From NCBI GenBank assembly GCA_964016885.1, contig OZ024741.1:112220001-112284000 (forward strand): a stretch of DNA of 64,000 nucleotides, written 5' to 3'. This DNA comes from Eledone cirrhosa (lineage: Eukaryota). How positions within the stretch are numbered: position 1 is the first letter of the stretch; the number at the start of each line of letters is the position of its first letter. The notes under the pieces were generated by a model. That model was not told the origin of the DNA. It did no database searches and saw nothing but the letters and a program-made list of their open reading frames with translations. The position numbers and the translations under genes were made by a program. Positions 59,130 through 64,000 of this stretch are shown here, piece after piece.

Positions 59130-60355
59130 AATGTGTTTGTATATATATATACACAAAATCTATACAAACACATTCATGTGAACATATATTGAAAATCTAT
59201 ACATACATAAAAAATCCACAGAAACACACTCATACACATGTGAAAAATCTGCGCACACATATGGAAACTTTACACATATACACTCAATAATCGTATTAAA
59301 TATCACTTAAATAGCTTCTGTGCAATTCAATTTTTAGAATTCAAGCTATTATTGCTACATATGTCTCTTTGACTACCGTTTGCAAAGATATCTATCTACA
59401 TGGCACATATTACCATGATGCCGTGACATGCAATAATACACTGTAGCTGATCAGTATACATACACACACACACACATATATATACATATATATATATACA
59501 CACATATATGTAAAGCACATCTCAACATTAAACTTTCTATTCTACTCATTATAGTGAGTCACTGATGGAACATTTGGTTCCCATTATAGTTGCAGTTAAA
59601 TTCGTCCAAATCTTTTAATGTTTCATCGTTGCATTTGTCATTTTCACCATCATCCTGATAATGATCATCATCATCATTAGTATGATGCTGCAGCAACTGC
59701 TTTTACTGGTCAATAATGCACCATTTCCTATGTATTTCATTGTCTGCATTATCATCTCAATTAGATTCAAATTTAAATAACATGAACCAAGTCTTCGTTT
59801 CTCTACTCTGCATTATATATTCTCTACTATTACATTGAATCTTTGTTTTTTTTATGTGGGTATTTTTAATGTTTTTCTTTATTAGATATGATTCTGATTT
59901 GAAGAATTTTTTCAGTATAACCAACAACAAATTGTAATATTTCATTTATAAGGTAGTTTAACCTTTTTGATACCAAACTACTTGAAAATGTCCTTAGTTC
60001 TACAATACAAAATTTGTTTTCAAGTGTTTGTATTTATGTAAAACTTCCCATCATAATTTCAGATAAGGTCATTTCATTGTTAAGTTTCAAATACCAACTT
60101 AAAGTTATTTTTACTAAATCCTTCAAATTCTTGATTATTTTCAAAATTATTTAAAAATCGTAGTCTTTCATTATAAAATAAGTTAATGTGTTGCCTTCAC
60201 TTTGGTTCATATATCTATAATGCTGTTAAGGATTGTCACACTGTGAAGCTAAGAAAGGGGAATGGAAGCTTTTGAATGAAAGGGAAAGGGTTGAGAGTAG
60301 ACTAGCAGGGTTTGTTTAGCTGGGCGTAGAGCCATGTTTCTTTATGAGGTTTTAA

Positions 60356-60575
60356 CACTTTAGCACTTAAACCTGTTGTATCCAGCCAGAATTCTCTCAC
60401 CTCTTTCAGTTCAAACTAGCTGTAACTGGCCACTCATTCTGATGTAAGGTATTGTTCTCAAAATAAATAATATCAAAATCTCATAGATTCGATACTATGT
60501 GAGATAATTATATCATGTAAGGCCTTTACTGTGAAAATATAATAGTATATATAGAGTAATGTAAATGCTAAAGGG
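60356..60575. mobile_element. piggyBac-type MITE
   Basis: TTAA-CACTTTAGCACTTA ... TAAATGCTAAAGGG-TTAA. Confidence 0.7.
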
Positions 60576-61849
60576 TTAAAGGTGACTCAGACTGTAATGG
60601 TATGAGGGGTAAAGATTATAGTATTCTTGTAGGTTTATTTAGTTTTTATCATTTTTCCAATGTTACAGGCTAGTTTAATTGGAGCAATGATGGCAGGCCA
60701 TGGGTGAGGACACAACTGTCAAACAATCTATAACCACTGGAAGTAAGGGCTACTTGTGTTAGGGAGATATGCAGGTGGTGTGTCTGAGACGAAGTCTATC
60801 TCTATGGGGTTCGACAGTTTAGATGTCAAAGGGGCATATCTTGAAACACTTGTAGGAAATTGGTGGTATTATACCTCTGAAAAACAAATATTGTTTGAAC
60901 TTATATACATACTTGTATGGACACATAACACCTGATGGCATGGTATAGGTGCTGTAGTCACACACAGCCTTTTAAAACCTGGCAGGATCCATCCCTTCTC
61001 TGGGTCTGCTCACAGATGATTTCTTCCAGAGAAGGAGAGAGAATATTATAGCGGAATTTAAAAAGTGATATAGAGAAAGAATTGACCCCAATACAGGACC
61101 AATACTTCATTTTTTTTATCAATCCTGAAAGTCTGAAAGGCAAAGTTAAATGAATACCATAAAGCATTCTATCCAACATTCTAATGACTCCAAATCGACA
61201 CCTACTTATAAACTATAAAACACATGTCTATGTCTTGGCTGATTATTCTTTTAGGCATATTTTATTGTCTTGATGTTGCATATGTTTCAGTTGTTAGAAA
61301 TAATTATTACTTAATTAAGAAAGTAATATGGAAAATAATTTATCTTGTAGCTGATCTTCTTGGCTTCTGTTCTCATGCATCTAGCTGAAAAACAAAACAG
61401 TCATTGAAGTAACATATGATCTTATGAACTATAGAAATGGGTGTCAGCTAATGCAAATAAATAAACAGCTCTTTAAATAACATATGAACTTACAAGCTAT
61501 AAACATGTGTTGATATTTCTGATAATCTTCTTTCAGACATGATTATTTGCATATTTCTCAATTTTGCATATATTCCAATTGTTAGAAATAACACACAGAC
61601 ACATGCATGTATATGAGCACACACACTCACACACACACATGTATGCATGCACACACACAGCTTATATAAAACATTCCTTTCATCAACTGTTGACTAGAGA
61701 CATCAATTATTTTGGAACCTTCTGTGGTGCTAAGCAGCATTGATGCTATCTGAGAATCTCAAAATTTTATGGTTCACTTTGTTGCATGGTTTCTTCATTA
61801 TCTATGTTATCATCACAAGGATCTTGGTGCTGTTGTAACCATTCCTAGC

Positions 61850-63600
61850 AAATACAAAAATAATTTCACCACTAGGTAAAGCAGACTACCAACATTCTAC
61901 CACCTCATAAAAACCCACAAACCTGGTACTAAACCCCAGATTAAATCCATTATTACTAGCATATAAGTGTCTCTCTACAAAATCTTCTGAATCCTCTTGC
62001 AGATCTTCAGACCTATACTTTTCACCTTTCCCAGACATGTCAGCAGCTCTGACAAGATCCTTCAAAGACTCCACCAACTACACGGCCAGCTCAAACTTAA
62101 TAGACATACTTTTACTATCAATGTTGTCTCCCTCTACATATCAGAACCCACTAATCCTGTGGTTAACCTAGTGATTGATTGCATAGTTTCTTCAAACCTT
62201 TACTGCTTCAGACTCACCACATCTGACATACATCAACTTCTATCCATCATTGTGAATAACACATACTTCCCATTCCCTCATCATACCTACAAACAAACAA
62301 CAGGTCTACCCATGGGATCCAGTCTGTCCGGTCTACTAGCCATCACATACATGAACTAGCTAGAACATTGAGCACTTAACACCTGTTGCTCCTGTGCCTT
62401 CTTCTCCAGGTACATAGAAGACATGCACATCCTCACACCCTTCTGTGAAGAGGCTGATAAAATATCTACAATGCACACAAACACGGGTGATAATGTACAA
62501 TTCAGTGTAACTGATGATAACAAAAGAAGGTGACATCCACACCAACCTCTACAGGAAAACTACCTGCAGAGATCTGTTTATTCATTACAAATCAGTTCTC
62601 CCTTCCCCTGATGCTAAAACTGGAACAAATGTAACAAGGTTACATTTGTTCTGGATGCATTATGGCTATCCACCATAAGTCAACTTAGGAGCCGAAAATG
62701 CTGGAAATATATGACCTCGTCTAGCACCAGCTTGCTGAAGTTACTGCACTTCCGTGAAAGAAGAACCATAGCGTTCTACAAAGCCCACTCTAGCCCTTCA
62801 CTTTAAGAACACTTATCAAAAAAGCAGCTCAAGGACAACAACAGCATATGTCATATATAGCATTCAATGTGTCAAATGCAGAGATTTTTATATTGGTAGC
62901 ACCGTTAGACCTCTTCGCATCTGTATTAGAGAACATTTCAACATACACACATCCTTCTTCAAGAAAAAAATAGACAAATGCAAACCATTAACAAAGACAT
63001 AACAGCCAGTATTAAAGCCAGGAAAAAGAATATTAGCAACCTTAGAATCAAAGAGGCAATACTAATAGTTAAGCTTAACCCACAAATCAGCACCAGATTA
63101 GAACTAATACTTAACATAAAAGTGCACACATTTAAATTTTGACACAAAAACACACACATAACCTAGTTCAGAATAACAAACTTAACCAGACAATTGTAAC
63201 TAGACTCTATATATGACATAAATATGTATGCACACACATCCCAAACACAACTCAATCCAGCTAACAAATCCAAACAATTACAAATCAACATGCAACATTT
63301 GCCAAAAGAAGATTTGACATATAAACGTAAACAAAAGTGCACAATATTTAACAGATACGTATGCACATGCAATGTTATACAGATGACAGTTCACAGGTGA
63401 CATCATCCTCTCACTATTTCTGCCAGGTATAATTAGACCACTGCTAACAAAGAAAGAAAGAAAGAAAGAAAGTAAGATAGCAAGCCTATAAAAACAAAAG
63501 CACACAGCTCTGAACCAGTTTCTTGTAATCTTCTGATGAAGGGATTTTAGTCTCAAAATATTAAGACAGATAAATAAAATAACAGCTAACAGACAAACAT
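61850..63600 (+). mobile_element. Decayed Penelope-like element (RT + GIY-YIG + pLTR remnant)
   Basis: INVVSLY, YKQTTGLPMGSSLSGLLAITYM, RYIED (from RYVDD). GIY-YIG pieces VIYSIQCVKCRDFYIGSTVRPLRICIREH (~62850-62935) and LRIKEAILI. Hammerhead remnant at 63529. Confidence 0.85.
63529..63566 (+). ncRNA. Degenerate minimal hammerhead ribozyme of the Penelope pLTR
   Basis: TCTT-CTGATGA-AGGGATTTTAGTCTC-AAA-ATATT-A-AGA; the GAAA box has G>A. Confidence 0.45.
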
Positions 63601-63710
63601 CTGGTTGCCTTCAATTTTTCTAAATTTATCATCCATTTCGCATTGTAGTAGAATTTGAATAACACTATAGTTCAAGCAAACTACAGTGTCTTCATACATA
63701 CACACTCACA

Positions 63711-63742
<32 letters not shown>

Positions 63743-63870
63743 GAATGTATGTATAGTATATTTGGCAATATACCGTATGTTTAATTAAAAATATTTAGAA
63801 GACCATACGCTATCAGTTTTAAAGTAGTGACTATGTCACTTACTTCTTTTCGGAGAAAGAAGGGAGAGAA

Positions 63871-63910
63871 GCTGACAGTCTGTTTCATGCTGGCTGGCGT
63901 TCATCAGAGC
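63871..63910 (-). ncRNA. Minimal type I hammerhead ribozyme with an intact catalytic core
   Basis: Minus strand: GCT-CTGATGA-ACGC CAGCCA GCAT-GAA-ACAG A CTGT-C-AGC. Intact CUGANGA/GAAA, GUC cleavage triplet, 3-bp stem I, near-palindromic stem III, and one mismatch in stem II. Confidence 0.7.
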
Positions 63911-64000
63911 CACGTACTCCCCTGCTTTCACCGAAAATTATAGAAGCTGGATTCTTATAGAAATAGTGTTCCATTAAAATGATGGGGAGATTGTATGATG

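Overview
Repeat-dominated, AT-rich animal DNA with no supportable host protein-coding gene and one 200-N gap. The repeat complement suggests an octopod cephalopod (inference). Retroelements: two near-full-length but disrupted RTE LINEs (~12.8-16.5 kb and 39.4-43.4 kb, +), each with a C4HC3 PHD finger inside the RT. The second sits inside an older minus-strand RTE. A full-length two-ORF Tx1-type LINE (27741-33583) is inserted in the (TAA/ATT)n tail of a decayed R4/Dong element. There are further R4/Dong fragments, a decayed Penelope-like element and several minimal hammerhead-ribozyme motifs, and about 20 copies of one tRNA-derived, ATT-tailed SINE, many in head-to-tail arrays. DNA transposons: an internally deleted mariner, a deleted Helitron, and hAT-, pogo- and piggyBac-type MITEs. 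Best candidates for new biology: (1) an ATT-microsatellite-targeting Tx1 LINE whose 3' end resembles that of the SINE, suggesting a Tx1-SINE partnership; (2) the PHD finger inside the RTE RT; (3) a ~460-bp foldback with two convergent tRNA-like Pol III units, related to a ~275-bp tandem tRNA-like repeat. All alignments were made by eye; no searches were run.
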